From Longimicrobiales bacterium (GTDB lineage Bacteria; Gemmatimonadota; Gemmatimonadetes; Longimicrobiales; Gaopeijiaceae): a stretch of DNA of 64,000 nucleotides. Position numbers and translations under genes: made by a program. The notes under the pieces were generated by a model. It searched no databases. It was not told the origin of the DNA and saw only the letters and a program-made list of their open reading frames with translations. Below are positions 20,396-30,666 of this stretch, one piece after another; within the stretch, counting starts at the first letter, position 1; every line of letters begins with the position of its first letter. Location: contig OZ220732.1 of NCBI GenBank assembly GCA_965116905.1, forward strand, positions 4,128,001 through 4,192,000. Direction: 5' to 3'.

Positions 20396-21385
20396 CTACT
20401 GGAAGATCGAGAAGCTCAGGTAGCGGCGCGGGTTCTGCTGGATGTCCCGCAGCAGGTCACGCATCTGTACGACCGCGTCCAACGCGCCTTCTGCCAGCGT
20501 CGGATCCGCCAGCAGGCGGCCCAGCGATCCGCCCTCGTCCTGCACGGCGGTCAGCAGGGCGTCCAGGCTCGCAAAGGTCGCGTCGGCCTGACGCGCGGCG
20601 GTCTGGAGGTCCGAGAGCGAGGCGTCCATGGTCTCGGTCAATCTCCTCAGGTTCTCCACACCGGCGCCCGCGTCGGCCAACAGCTTCTGGACCTGGCCAT
20701 CCGCGACGATGGCGTCGACCCGCTCGAACGACATCCGGGCCGCGCGCGCGGCGGCACCCAGCTCACGCGTGGATGCGTCGACGCCCTCTGCAAGCGCGTC
20801 GAAGCGCTCGGCCTGCTGGTCGATGATCTCGGAGAACTGGTCGCTGACTTCGCCGAGGTTGTCGATCGCCCTGCCGAGATTCTGCGCCGTCTCCTCCGTG
20901 AACGCGACCTCGAACCGCTCCGAAATGGTCGTCAGGTTCTGCGCGATCTCGTCCGCGGTGGCCGTGAGGCGCGAGAAATCGGGAAGCGCCACTCCGGGGA
21001 GCACACCCTCTTCCGGGTATTCCAGGTAGGGATGCGTACCGTAGTCGTCCCGCCGGATGATCTCGGCCTGCCAGTCGCCGAACATGGATTCGGGCGCGAT
21101 CAGGACCGCCGCGTCGGGAGGAATGATCAGGTCCGGGCGAACCGACATGTCGATGAGCACCGCCTCGCCGCTCGGCACCACCGCCACCGACTCCACCCGA
21201 CCGACCGCGACCCCGCGAAACTTCACCGACGCTCCCTCGACAAGCTGCCCGACGCCGGTCGACGCCGCCCGCAGCGATACGCGGTCCCGGCCCCATCCGT
21301 CCTGCAGCCAGATGGTGCCCACCACGCCGACCGCGATCCCGAGCATCACCACCAGTCCCACCATGATCTCTCGTCTACGGTCCAT
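20396..21385 (-). CDS. mlaD: MlaD/MCE family protein
   Basis: N-terminal TM, LVEGASVKFRGVAVGRV, helical tail ending NPRRY; downstream of mlaEF. Confidence 0.85.
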   Translation of the reverse strand: MDRRREIMVGLVVMLGIAVGVVGTIWLQDGWGRDRVSLRAASTGVGQLVEGASVKFRGVAVGRVESVAVVPSGEAVLIDMSVRPDLIIPPDAAVLIAPESMFGDWQAEIIRRDDYGTHPYLEYPEEGVLPGVALPDFSRLTATADEIAQNLTTISERFEVAFTEETAQNLGRAIDNLGEVSDQFSEIIDQQAERFDALAEGVDASTRELGAAARAARMSFERVDAIVADGQVQKLLADAGAGVENLRRLTETMDASLSDLQTAARQADATFASLDALLTAVQDEGGSLGRLLADPTLAEGALDAVVQMRDLLRDIQQNPRRYLSFSIFQ

Positions 21386-22145
21386 GATCTCCCCGTCCTT
21401 TCAGTCCATAGTACAAGCCCGGGTCACCCTCAACGAACCCGCGCAGCACGTCGTCGCGCGCGGCGCGCACCTCCGCAGGTGTACCCGTGAAGCGGGCCTT
21501 TCCTTCATGGAGAAGGGTAATCCTGTCGGCGACGCGGAACGCGCTGGTCATGTCATGCGTCACGACGAGTCCGGTTACCCCCAGCTCGTCGCGCATCCGG
21601 AGCACGAGCTGGTCGATCACCGAAGTGGTGACCGGGTCCAGTCCGGTCGTCGGTTCGTCGTACAGCAGGTACTTGGGCGAGGCGGCGATCGCCCGCGCGA
21701 GCCCGGCGCGCTTCTTCTGGCCTCCGCTCAGTTGCGAGGGGTAGCGCTCGCCCATCCCCTCGAGGTCGACGAGCGCCAGACACTCTTCCACGCGCTGACG
21801 GATCCTGTCGGGACGCCAGCCCGGCAGGCGCTTCAGCCCCATTCCCACGTTGTCGGCGACCGTCATCGAATCGAACAGGGCCGCGAACTGGAAGACGTAG
21901 CCGACGCGTCTGCGAAACCGCGCGAGGTCCCGTCTGCCCAGGTCGGGAACCGATTCGCCGTCCACGAAGACGGATCCCGTGTCCGGTCGCACCAGTCCCA
22001 CCAGGTGCTTCAGCAGGACTGACTTGCCGCTTCCCGACGGCCCCACGATCGCCGCGGTCGCGCCCTCGGCGACCTCCAGCGAGAAGCCGCGCAGGACCTC
22101 CTTCGGGCCGAACGCCTTGTGGAGTTCGGCGATCTGAATGCTCAT
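21375..22145 (-). CDS. mlaF: MlaF-type ABC ATPase
   Basis: GPSGSGKS, FQFAALFDSMTV, LSGGQKKRAGLARA, YDEPTTGLDP. Confidence 0.9.
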   Translation of the reverse strand: MSIQIAELHKAFGPKEVLRGFSLEVAEGATAAIVGPSGSGKSVLLKHLVGLVRPDTGSVFVDGESVPDLGRRDLARFRRRVGYVFQFAALFDSMTVADNVGMGLKRLPGWRPDRIRQRVEECLALVDLEGMGERYPSQLSGGQKKRAGLARAIAASPKYLLYDEPTTGLDPVTTSVIDQLVLRMRDELGVTGLVVTHDMTSAFRVADRITLLHEGKARFTGTPAEVRAARDDVLRGFVEGDPGLYYGLKGRGDHGP

Positions 22146-22924
22146 AGCAACGTCGCCGCCCAGAAGGCGTCCAGGCAGAGGATGATCATGCTCGCGATCA
22201 CCACGGTCTGGGTCGCGCTGCGCCCGACACCCTCGGCACCGCGCTCGGTCTGAAGTCCGTAGAAGCAGCCCACGCCGGTCACGACCGCACCGAAGGAAAC
22301 GGACTTGATCACGGCGAACCACACGTCCCAGGGCTCGAAGAGGAGGCGCAATCCCTTCACGAATTCGGGAGACGACATGTCCAGCAGCTGGAGTGCGGTG
22401 AACCAGCCGGAGACGATGCCCGTGGTCATCGCGAGGATCACCACGATCGGGAACATCACGATTCCGGCAATGATCCTGGGTACCACCAGGTACGCGAGCG
22501 GATCGTAGGCAAGCGTCTCGAGCGCGTCGACCTGCTCCGTGACGCGCATCGTCCCCAGCTCGGCGGAGATGTTCGCCCCGACGCGTCCTGCCAGCGTGAG
22601 CCCCGTGAGGACGGGGCCGAGCTCCAGCATCATCGTCTTGCCCACCAGGGTGCCGACAAAGTAGAGCGGTATCGTACCCGTCAGCGTATAGGACGCCTGG
22701 AGGGACATGACAATGCCGGTGAAGGTCGCGATGAAAAGCGCGATCGGGACCGACGCCACCCCAATACGCGCCAGCTGGGGGAACAACTGCGGACCCCAGA
22801 TGCCCGGATGGCGCAGTGCACCGGCCGTGCCGGCGAAGAGAATCCACGCGCGCCCCACCGAACCGAGGGCCCCGACCGTGCCGCGTCCGGCCGAGGCGAG
22901 GGGTCTCGCCACAAAGTCAAGCAT
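22142..22924 (-). CDS. mlaE: MlaE-type ABC permease
   Basis: ELGPVLTGL, AGRVGA..AELGTMRVTEQVDAL, YLVVPR, GAEGVG. Confidence 0.9.
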   Translation of the reverse strand: MLDFVARPLASAGRGTVGALGSVGRAWILFAGTAGALRHPGIWGPQLFPQLARIGVASVPIALFIATFTGIVMSLQASYTLTGTIPLYFVGTLVGKTMMLELGPVLTGLTLAGRVGANISAELGTMRVTEQVDALETLAYDPLAYLVVPRIIAGIVMFPIVVILAMTTGIVSGWFTALQLLDMSSPEFVKGLRLLFEPWDVWFAVIKSVSFGAVVTGVGCFYGLQTERGAEGVGRSATQTVVIASMIILCLDAFWAATLL

Positions 22925-22986
22925 TGAGAATAATAATGGATGTGGCGGTCTGGCCCCGCCGTGGGCTCGGCCGGCCGGCCCGCCTG

Positions 22987-23331
22987 CTAGCGAAACGCCG
23001 TCAGAGTGAACGAGACGCGGTCCAACAGGGGATCGGTTCCCTCCGCGCCGCGCCACTGCACCTCGATCTCGCCGACCTGACCCGCCTCCGCCCGGAAGAC
23101 GATCTCCACATGCAGATCCTGCTCCCGGCTCTCGATCATGGTCCTGACCAACCCTACCTCGGGTCGCTCCCGGACCCTCGCCGGGTTCCGGAAGAGCGTC
23201 CTGGTCGACTGCCGCCCGGTGGGGAGGCGGCGCGTCACGCGGATCCGGTCCAGCCAGTCCGGTTGATAGCTGATGCGGTAACGGAAGCCGCGCTGATCAA
23301 CGCCCGTGGCATCCCGATTGTGTCTGGCCAT
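22987..23331 (-). CDS. Hypothetical protein
   Basis: ATG immediately after the protease stop; good codon usage; no recognised motif. Confidence 0.55.
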   Translation of the reverse strand: MARHNRDATGVDQRGFRYRISYQPDWLDRIRVTRRLPTGRQSTRTLFRNPARVRERPEVGLVRTMIESREQDLHVEIVFRAEAGQVGEIEVQWRGAEGTDPLLDRVSFTLTAFR

Positions 23332-23332
23332 T

Positions 23333-24352
23333 TCAGAGCTGCAACGGTGCGGGTGAAAAGCTGAGGAAGAAGATCGCAACGGCGACCCAGCCCAGGATCG
23401 TGCGGCCCGTTTCCAGCGGCACTTCCTCCATCAGCACCGGCGGGTGGGCGAGCCTGCCCCGGCCGACCACCAGCGCGACCGCGCCCCAGAGCCACCATCC
23501 CCACCATACGAACCCCAACGGTATCATCAAAAGCACGAAGGCCATCGCGAAGGCACGCTGCCTCGGTCCCGCGAGCGCGTAGAGGATGTGCCCACCGTCC
23601 AGCTGCCCCAGGGGCACCAGGTTGAGCGCCGTGACGAAGATGCCGAGCCAGCCGGCGAACGCCAGCGGATGCAGCAGCACGGTGTTGCCGCTCTCGAATC
23701 CGGGCACGGCAATCAGGGTCGCGGCATGGAGAACGACGTTGCTCCCGATCTCGATCGGCGTATCCAGGAAACGCACCAGAAACGGATGGAGGCCGGAGTC
23801 GGTGGTGGCAACGGTTTCCGACAGGCCCAGGCCGATCAAGAGCAGCGGCAGCGACAGCACAAAGCTCGCCACCGGCCCGGCGACGCCGATGTCGAAAAGC
23901 ACCGATCTCCGGACCATGGGGCCGTGCAGCCGGATGAATGCCCCGAGGGTGCCGATAAGCGAAATGTAGGGCGGGCAGGGCAGGAAATACGGGAGTGACA
24001 CCGGGATCCGATGCCGGCGTGCCGCAAAGTAGTGTCCGAGTTCGTGACCGAGAAGGACGCCGATGAACGCCACCGCAAAGGGCAGCCCCGCACCCAGGGC
24101 CGAGACCCTCACACTCGTCGGCACCGGGAACCACTGTCCACCGATCTGCCGGGAAACCGTATCGAGGACATCGGTGCCGGCGAGGAATCCGCCCGCCACC
24201 ATCGTGCTGGCGAAGGCCAGCAGAAAGAGGGCCGCGTGCAGCACCAGGCGCGTCGGAGGCGCAGGTGTCTCGCGGCGCAATGCCACCAGCCGCGCGGCGT
24301 CTCCTTGCCGGTGGGTGTGGACTTGGTCGGCCCACTCCGCCACTTTTAGCAT
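23333..24352 (-). CDS. Site-2 protease (peptidase M50)
   Basis: HELGH, GTLGAFIR, FDIGVAGP, NLVPLGQLDGGH; start uncertain. Confidence 0.9.
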   Translation of the reverse strand: MLKVAEWADQVHTHRQGDAARLVALRRETPAPPTRLVLHAALFLLAFASTMVAGGFLAGTDVLDTVSRQIGGQWFPVPTSVRVSALGAGLPFAVAFIGVLLGHELGHYFAARRHRIPVSLPYFLPCPPYISLIGTLGAFIRLHGPMVRRSVLFDIGVAGPVASFVLSLPLLLIGLGLSETVATTDSGLHPFLVRFLDTPIEIGSNVVLHAATLIAVPGFESGNTVLLHPLAFAGWLGIFVTALNLVPLGQLDGGHILYALAGPRQRAFAMAFVLLMIPLGFVWWGWWLWGAVALVVGRGRLAHPPVLMEEVPLETGRTILGWVAVAIFFLSFSPAPLQL

Positions 24353-24559
24353 ATCTTCCTCGGAGACATCGTCCCGCACCTGCCCGCGCACGACCTGGTA
24401 CCCGCCAGCTCTGCCAGCCCCGTGGTTCGTCAGAATGCTCGCCCACGGCGGATCGGGATGGGGAACTTTGGCCTCCACGGACACGCTTCAGTCTTTTCGG
24501 ACCCCGGTGCGGGTGCTCCTTCTCGAGCCATCGATGCCGGCTCCATTCCCGACTTCCCG

Positions 24560-25813
24560 ATGGAAATCGCCGACCTCAAGAACAGAACGGTAGCGGAACT
24601 CCAGGGGTATGCGGAAGCGCTGAACATCCCCAACGCCGGCAGACTCCGCAAGCAGGATCTGATCTTCATGATCTATCGCGGCCTCGCGGAGCAGGATCAG
24701 GTCCCGCAATCCGAGGGCGTGCTCGACATCCTGCCGGACGGGTACGGCTTCCTCCGCTCCGCGAGCTGGAACTACCTGAACGGTCCCGACGACGTGTACG
24801 TCAGCCCCGCCCAGATCGCGTCGCTCGGCCTTCGCCGGGGCGACACCGTGGCCGGCCCGGTTCGTGCACCCGGCCGCCGGGAGCGGTACGTGGCCCTGGT
24901 CAGCGTCGACACCGTCAACGGGCTTGGGCCGGCGGCCGCGAAAGAGCGCCCCAAGTACGACGACCTGCGTCCGTTCTATCCCCAGCAGCGCCTGTCGCTC
25001 GAGGTGCCGGGCGGCGAAATGGACATGCGCATCATGGATCTGATCGCACCGGTGGGACTGGGTCAGCGGGGCCTCATCGTTTCTCCGCCCAAGGCCGGCA
25101 AGACCACGATCCTGCGCAACATGGCCAATGCCATCAGGACGAATCACCGAGACGTGGAGCTCGTGGTGCTGCTGATCGATGAACGCCCGGAAGAGGTCAC
25201 GGAGATGGAGGAGACCGCCGGCGCCAGCGTCTTCGCATCCACGTTCGACGAGCCGGCCAGCCGCCATCGGCAGGTCGCCGAAATGGTCCTGGAGCGAGCG
25301 AAACGGCTGGTCGAACAGGGGCGCGATGTCGTGATCCTCCTGGACTCGATCACGCGCCTCGCCCGGGCCTACAACATCCTCGCGCCACACTCCGGGAGGA
25401 TCCTCTCGGGCGGCGTCGACGCCTACGCGCTTTCGAAGCCAAAGCGGTTCTTCGGGTCGGCCCGCAACATTCACGAGGGTGGATCGCTCACCATCATTGC
25501 AACGGCGCTGGTGGAGACCGGAAGCCGCATGGACGAGGTGATCTTCGAGGAGTTCAAGGGAACCGGGAACATGGAGCTGGTCCTGGATCGCGAAATCGCG
25601 GACAACCGCGTGTATCCTGCGATCGATTTGAACCGGTCGGGCACCCGGCGGGAAGAGTTGCTGCTCTCGGAGACCGAGCTGAACCGCGTGTATCTGCTGC
25701 GCAGTTTCCTCGCCGACATGCCCGCTCCCGATGCGATCCAGTTTCTGATGGACCGCATGAGGCGCCACCGCACCAACGCCCGGTTCCTCGACGCGATGGT
25801 CGCGGGGGAGTGA
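24560..25813 (+). CDS. rho: Transcription termination factor Rho
   Basis: DGYGFLR, DVYVSPAQI, PPKAGKT, LIDERPEEVT, DSITRLARAYN, EEFKGTGNME. Confidence 0.96.
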   Translation: MEIADLKNRTVAELQGYAEALNIPNAGRLRKQDLIFMIYRGLAEQDQVPQSEGVLDILPDGYGFLRSASWNYLNGPDDVYVSPAQIASLGLRRGDTVAGPVRAPGRRERYVALVSVDTVNGLGPAAAKERPKYDDLRPFYPQQRLSLEVPGGEMDMRIMDLIAPVGLGQRGLIVSPPKAGKTTILRNMANAIRTNHRDVELVVLLIDERPEEVTEMEETAGASVFASTFDEPASRHRQVAEMVLERAKRLVEQGRDVVILLDSITRLARAYNILAPHSGRILSGGVDAYALSKPKRFFGSARNIHEGGSLTIIATALVETGSRMDEVIFEEFKGTGNMELVLDREIADNRVYPAIDLNRSGTRREELLLSETELNRVYLLRSFLADMPAPDAIQFLMDRMRRHRTNARFLDAMVAGE

Positions 25814-25855
25814 TGGCCGCGGGGGAGTGATGGCCGCAGGGGAGTGACGGCCGCG
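25797..25855. repeat. 3.5 x 17-bp tandem repeat of the rho stop-codon region
   Basis: tgg(t/c)cgc(g/a)ggggagtga at 25797, 25814 and 25831. Confidence 0.85.
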
Positions 25856-25872
25856 CGGGCTGCGACCGCCCG

Positions 25873-25914
25873 CGGTTGCTGGCCGTCCAGATCCGGTTGC
25901 TAGCCGTCCAGATC
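25873..25914. repeat. 2 x 21-bp tandem repeat of the PRTase stop-codon region
   Basis: cggttgct(g/a)gccgtccagatc at 25873 and 25894. Confidence 0.85.
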
Positions 25915-26436
25915 CTCGTAGCGGGGGTTGACCACCAGGCTGTCGCCCTCGAAGACCTTGCGGTCCCACGGATAGACCAGCGTGGCATCCGTAACGAGCG
26001 CATGGTAGTCCGGCGCGAAGCCCCGGGTTCGCGCGAAGCTCGTGGCCGTGCGCACCTCCGCCGGGCCGACGTCCCGGACCGCGGCCAGAGCCAACCGCAG
26101 CGTTTCACCCGAGGTCGTGATCTCATCGACGATCAGTATTCGCTTGCCGCGCGCCTGCCTTGGAGCCGCGGACAGGATGGAGGGACGGTGCCGCACGACG
26201 CGGCCGCCCTCGCGCCGCGTGATCTTCAGGGAGAAGAAGTCCCGGCGCATGATGGAGGCGATGACCGCCCCGGGAATCACCCCCGCCCTCGCAACTCCGA
26301 TGACGATCTCGGGGTCGTAGTCGGCCGCTACCTTGAGCGCCAGTGCGCGGCAGAGTTCGCCGAACATCTCCCACGAAAGCTCCATGAAGTCTTCGGACGG
26401 CATGACGTCGCGCTGGTCGAAGGAACGGCTCAGCAT
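25900..26436 (-). CDS. Type I phosphoribosyltransferase (Gpt/Hpt-like)
   Basis: IIGVARAGVIPG, PRPP loop ILIVDEITTSGETL, VYPWD; strong RBS before ATG 26436. Confidence 0.85.
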   Translation of the reverse strand: MLSRSFDQRDVMPSEDFMELSWEMFGELCRALALKVAADYDPEIVIGVARAGVIPGAVIASIMRRDFFSLKITRREGGRVVRHRPSILSAAPRQARGKRILIVDEITTSGETLRLALAAVRDVGPAEVRTATSFARTRGFAPDYHALVTDATLVYPWDRKVFEGDSLVVNPRYEDLDG

Positions 26437-26470
26437 TGTGTTCTCCTCTCCGCGCTTTAGACTTTCCGCC

Positions 26471-26917
26471 ATGACGACCGATCTCCAGGAGAAGGCCGAC
26501 GCCCGCTTCGCCGCAGCTCTCGCCGCCAGCGGTGCCCGCGACCCCAGGGAATACTATCGCACGCAACTTCGGGAGTTGAAGCGATCCAACCCCGAGGGGT
26601 ACGATCAGGCCGTCGGATATTATCAGGACGAGCTGGTCCCGTCCATTGCCGAGCGGGACGCCGATCCCATGCAGGCATGGCAAGCCTACGGTCTTCTCAT
26701 CGCCCAGCTGGCCGCTCCCGGGCGTGCCGTGGCGATCGATCCCAGCGGCCGGTCACAACCCCTGGAGTCCTCCGCCGGCCTCGAAGACATGGTTCTGCAC
26801 CTGCCGGATGCCCGAAACGCGCCGGCGCTCCTGGTGGGGCTGCCTCCGAAGCCATCGCCCGCGCAAATGGCCACGCACAGATGGCTGGTCTCGGGGCGCC
26901 GGGCTCTCGGAGACTAG
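26471..26917 (+). CDS. Hypothetical protein
   Basis: Protein-like ORF (ARDPREYYR...LVGLP) filling the gap between neighbours. Confidence 0.65.
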   Translation: MTTDLQEKADARFAAALAASGARDPREYYRTQLRELKRSNPEGYDQAVGYYQDELVPSIAERDADPMQAWQAYGLLIAQLAAPGRAVAIDPSGRSQPLESSAGLEDMVLHLPDARNAPALLVGLPPKPSPAQMATHRWLVSGRRALGD

Positions 26918-26969
26918 CCGCACATTCACGCTACACGGCGCCCGTCCGACGCGGCGACTTGCCCCCAGG

Positions 26970-28826
26970 CTAGTCCTCTACCATGTAGGCAATGCCCCAC
27001 GCCCCCGGTCCCAGGTGGGTCGAGATCGTGGGCGTGATCGGCGAAACCAGCGTCTCGGCGTCGCCATAGCGCTGCCGCAATTCCTCGCACACCTGGCTCG
27101 CGATCTCGGGCGCCGCAACATGCACAACCCCGAAGCGGACCTTCCGGACGCCGGGCGGGATCTCGGCCGCGACCTTCTCCATCATCAACCTGCGGGCGCG
27201 CGTGGGGCCCCGGGCCTTGCCGTAGGCCTTGATCCTGCCGTCCGGGCCCACCCCCAACACCGGCTTCAGGTCCAGAATGCCTCCGAACCAGCCGGCGAAC
27301 TGGCTCACCCGCCCGGACGCGATCAGCCGGTCCAGGTTTCGTACCGTGAACAGAATACCCGACTGGCGCCGGACCCGCCGCACCTCCGCAACGATGTCGT
27401 CCGCGGACCAGCCCGCCTCGGCCAGCTCCGCGGCTTTCAGGGCCAGCAGTCCGACCAGCAGAGAGGCCGCCTCCGAGTCGACAAGCCGGATATCCAGCTG
27501 CGGAACCATGCGCGTCGCATTCTCGGCAGACCGGTAGATGCCACTCAGCGCCGCGGCCACCAGCACCCCGATCACCACCTCCGATTCGCTCGAAGCGCGT
27601 TCGAACGCGGCCATGAAGTCGCCGGGAGGGGGTTGCGACGTCGAGGGCAGCGTCCGACCGCTCTCCAGCCGCGCGTGAAACTCCTCGGCGGTCACGTCGA
27701 TGCCGTCCCTCAGGGTCTTGCCGTCCTCGATGAGAAGCAGCGGGACCACATGGATCCCGTGCGCCCGAACCACCGTCTCGGGAAGATCCGAGCCCGAATC
27801 GACCAGGATCCCGACGGGGCGCCGCACGGCGTCCTCCCCCGCGCGCCGCGCCGCTTCGAACTGGGCCAGCATGTCTTCGGCCTTGTGGGCGGTCACGGTC
27901 CCCACGGTCGCGCAGTAGTCGATCGCCGCCTGCGGTTCGTCCGTGTGCAGGTGGACCTTCAGGATTTCCTCGCTCCGTATGACCAGGAGCTCCTCCGTGC
28001 CCTCGGACAGCGCCGCGCGCACCGTCTTCCCGGAGGGGAGGTTCGGCCCCTCGACCAGGATCTCGGTGCAGTAGCGCCTGCTGCCGTGCGCGAAAGGATG
28101 CGAGACGCCTCCGATCGGGGACCAGTCGGCGCGCGACAGGTCGGCGACGAGATCCTCGGCGACCTGCTCCTGGACAGCGGCCTCGTGATCCCCTTTCTCG
28201 ATCAGGCTCACGACGCCTTCCAGCATCTGCACGAACCCCATCGCACCCGCGTCCACGACGCCAGCCTCGGCAAGAACCGGAAGCAGGTCGGGGGTGCGGG
28301 CAAGCGACTCCCGGGCCGTCTCGAGCACGCGAGCCATCGAGTCGGCGAAGTCTCCCGCCCCGTCTTCGCCCCCTTCCTCGACCGCCCTGGTGGCCGAGTC
28401 GCGCACCACGGTGAGGATCGTGCCCTCGACCGGGTCCTCGACCGCGCCGTCGAGCGAACGCGCGCCCGCCATCAGGGCCAGCGAAACGTCGGTGAGGGAC
28501 GCGCGCGCCCGCCCTTCCAGTCCTCCGGAAAAGCCCAGGAGGAACTGCGACAGCATCATCCCGCAATTGCCGCGAGCGCCCAACAGGGCCGAACGGGCAA
28601 CGGCCGCCGCGACCTTGTCCACGCGCCGTTCCAGGGATCCGGCCAGGTCACTGGCGACGGCGTCCAGCGTGAGCGACAGGTTGGTACCGGTGTCGCCGTC
28701 GGCCACGGGAAAGACGTTGATCCGGTTGAGCTCGGCCTTGACCTGCTGTCCATGGTCGCACGCTGCCAACACGGCGCGCCTTAGACGGCGACCATCCACG
28801 TAAGCGATCTTGGACCTGTCGGACAT
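26970..28826 (-). CDS. DAK2 (FakA-like) - DegV (FakB-like) fusion protein
   Basis: LNRINVFPVADGDTGTN, GARGN, PVEGTILTV, GVVDAG; then VDSGSDL, TSQPPP, LIASGR, THLGPG. Confidence 0.9.
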   Translation of the reverse strand: MSDRSKIAYVDGRRLRRAVLAACDHGQQVKAELNRINVFPVADGDTGTNLSLTLDAVASDLAGSLERRVDKVAAAVARSALLGARGNCGMMLSQFLLGFSGGLEGRARASLTDVSLALMAGARSLDGAVEDPVEGTILTVVRDSATRAVEEGGEDGAGDFADSMARVLETARESLARTPDLLPVLAEAGVVDAGAMGFVQMLEGVVSLIEKGDHEAAVQEQVAEDLVADLSRADWSPIGGVSHPFAHGSRRYCTEILVEGPNLPSGKTVRAALSEGTEELLVIRSEEILKVHLHTDEPQAAIDYCATVGTVTAHKAEDMLAQFEAARRAGEDAVRRPVGILVDSGSDLPETVVRAHGIHVVPLLLIEDGKTLRDGIDVTAEEFHARLESGRTLPSTSQPPPGDFMAAFERASSESEVVIGVLVAAALSGIYRSAENATRMVPQLDIRLVDSEAASLLVGLLALKAAELAEAGWSADDIVAEVRRVRRQSGILFTVRNLDRLIASGRVSQFAGWFGGILDLKPVLGVGPDGRIKAYGKARGPTRARRLMMEKVAAEIPPGVRKVRFGVVHVAAPEIASQVCEELRQRYGDAETLVSPITPTISTHLGPGAWGIAYMVED

Positions 28827-28907
28827 GCGGAGTAGACTCCCACAAGGAGCCGCGGCCGGAGGAACACTGCCTGCACAGTACTACCGACCCCGAAAGAGTG
28901 CCAAGGA

Positions 28908-29621
28908 GTGCCGAACTTGAAACCACTGCGCGACGGAATCGCCTGCGTCTGGGAAGGACGGCTCGACGCCGGACCCGCAGTGACGGCGGCGGCCCGGGCG
29001 CTGCTGTCTCCCAGGGAGCTGGCGCGCGCCGACCGGTTCGTCTACGACCACCACCGTCGGCGGTACACGGTCGCGCAGGCCCACCTTCGGCGTGTGCTGG
29101 CGGACCTGACCGGAGACGACCCGGCCGCCATTCGCTTCCGGTACGGAGAGCACGGCAAGCCGTTTCTGGCCGGTGGACCCGTGTTCAACCAGTCCCATTC
29201 ATCGGAGAGGGTCATGATCGCCGTTGCCACCGAAGGCCGCCTGGGGATCGACATCGAGAAGAGGAGGACGGTGCGCCTGATGTCCGAGATCGCCCGCAAG
29301 AACTTTGCATCGGCCGAGGCCGAACTCTTCCGAAGGACTCCCGGCCCCGACCGCCAGCACGTCTTTTTCCGGCTGTGGACGTGCAAGGAGGCCTTCCTCA
29401 AGGCACTCGGGGTCGGGCTCACCGAACCACTTCGTTCCTTCTCGGTCGATCCGTCCCGACATCCGCGGAGCGCCCTCGTCCAAGCAAGCGCCCACGGGGA
29501 ACACCCGGCGGACTGGCACGTCGCCAACATTCCCTGCTCAGGCGGCGCCACGGCGGCGATCGCGATCGACCGCCCGGACATCGCAGTGGAGCCGCTCGGC
29601 TACGATCCCGCCGGTCTCTAG
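28908..29621 (+). CDS. Sfp-type 4'-phosphopantetheinyl transferase
   Basis: GEHGKP, FNQSHS, LGIDIE, FFRLWTCKEAFLKALG. Confidence 0.92.
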   Translation: MPNLKPLRDGIACVWEGRLDAGPAVTAAARALLSPRELARADRFVYDHHRRRYTVAQAHLRRVLADLTGDDPAAIRFRYGEHGKPFLAGGPVFNQSHSSERVMIAVATEGRLGIDIEKRRTVRLMSEIARKNFASAEAELFRRTPGPDRQHVFFRLWTCKEAFLKALGVGLTEPLRSFSVDPSRHPRSALVQASAHGEHPADWHVANIPCSGGATAAIAIDRPDIAVEPLGYDPAGL

Positions 29622-29648
29622 GGCGCCCACGGACTCCCGGGCGCGACG

Positions 29649-30620
29649 TCAGCCGCAGGTGTCGACGGTGCCTTCGCCGCAAGCGCCCACCGCCACGGCA
29701 CCCTCATCGCACGGACTCGAGCCGCTCGATTCGCCCGTGCCCGTGGTCGCATTCGAGCAGATCGCGCCGTTCTCGTAGCAGGTGTAGCAGGCCGATTCCG
29801 CCAGCGGCGCGCGCATTCGGACCGCCTCCGCGAGCGTGTCGGCGAGGCGCGCACTCGGATAGTCGAGCAGGATCGGGCAGGCGTAGACCCCGGCCGCCGT
29901 GACAAGCCGCGCACGCGTGCAGAGCAGCTGGTCGAGATCGTAGCCGTGCAGCATCTCGTGGGTGACACGCTCGGACGCGCGGTACGGCCGGTTCCGCTTC
30001 GCCTCCTCGCCGATCAGGAGCGGCGGCAACACCTTCAGCCGCGGCTCATCGTACCCGACGGTGCCGAGCGCGTCCCGAAACGCCTGCAGCATGCAGGGCA
30101 TCTCCTCGCAGGGCCAGCTCTGCATGGTCGTGATGATGGGCCGGAAGCCGGCAGCCACCAGATGCCCCACGCCCTCCATGGCGCGGTCGAAGGTGCCCTC
30201 TCCCCGGATCGGGTCGTTGATCTCGGCCGACGGGCCGTCCACGCTCACGCGCAACTCGAGCGCGTGCGCACTCGCGTCCTGGATCCGGCGAAGCTCCTGC
30301 ACCCGGCGCGGCGGGAAGAGCGTGGCGTTGGTCAGCACCGTGGCCGGCCCATAGGCCAGCGTGTCCTCGAGAATGCCCTCGATCTCGTTGTTCATGAAGG
30401 GCTCGCCGCCCGTGAAGTAGTACTCCTTCACCCCCATGCCGGCGGACTCCTTCAGCGCGACGCGCACCTGTTCCCTGGTCATGAACCAGAAGGAGTGGTT
30501 GTCGGGCGAGCACGAGATGAAGCAGTGACTGCAACGCAGGTTGCAGACCGTACCGCTCACCTGTATCCAGAGCTGGTCCAGCGAAGCGAGCGGGACGGTG
30601 GGGGTCAGGGGCGCAATCAT
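29649..30620 (-). CDS. Radical SAM protein with Cys-rich C-terminus
   Basis: CNLRCSHC, FTGGEPF, LTNA, VSVDG; C-terminal C..ACP..CYTC..C. Confidence 0.88.
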   Translation of the reverse strand: MIAPLTPTVPLASLDQLWIQVSGTVCNLRCSHCFISCSPDNHSFWFMTREQVRVALKESAGMGVKEYYFTGGEPFMNNEIEGILEDTLAYGPATVLTNATLFPPRRVQELRRIQDASAHALELRVSVDGPSAEINDPIRGEGTFDRAMEGVGHLVAAGFRPIITTMQSWPCEEMPCMLQAFRDALGTVGYDEPRLKVLPPLLIGEEAKRNRPYRASERVTHEMLHGYDLDQLLCTRARLVTAAGVYACPILLDYPSARLADTLAEAVRMRAPLAESACYTCYENGAICSNATTGTGESSGSSPCDEGAVAVGACGEGTVDTCG

Positions 30621-30666
30621 GACCCGAAACTAGCCCTGATCAATCGGAGCGGATAGGGTATTCCCC

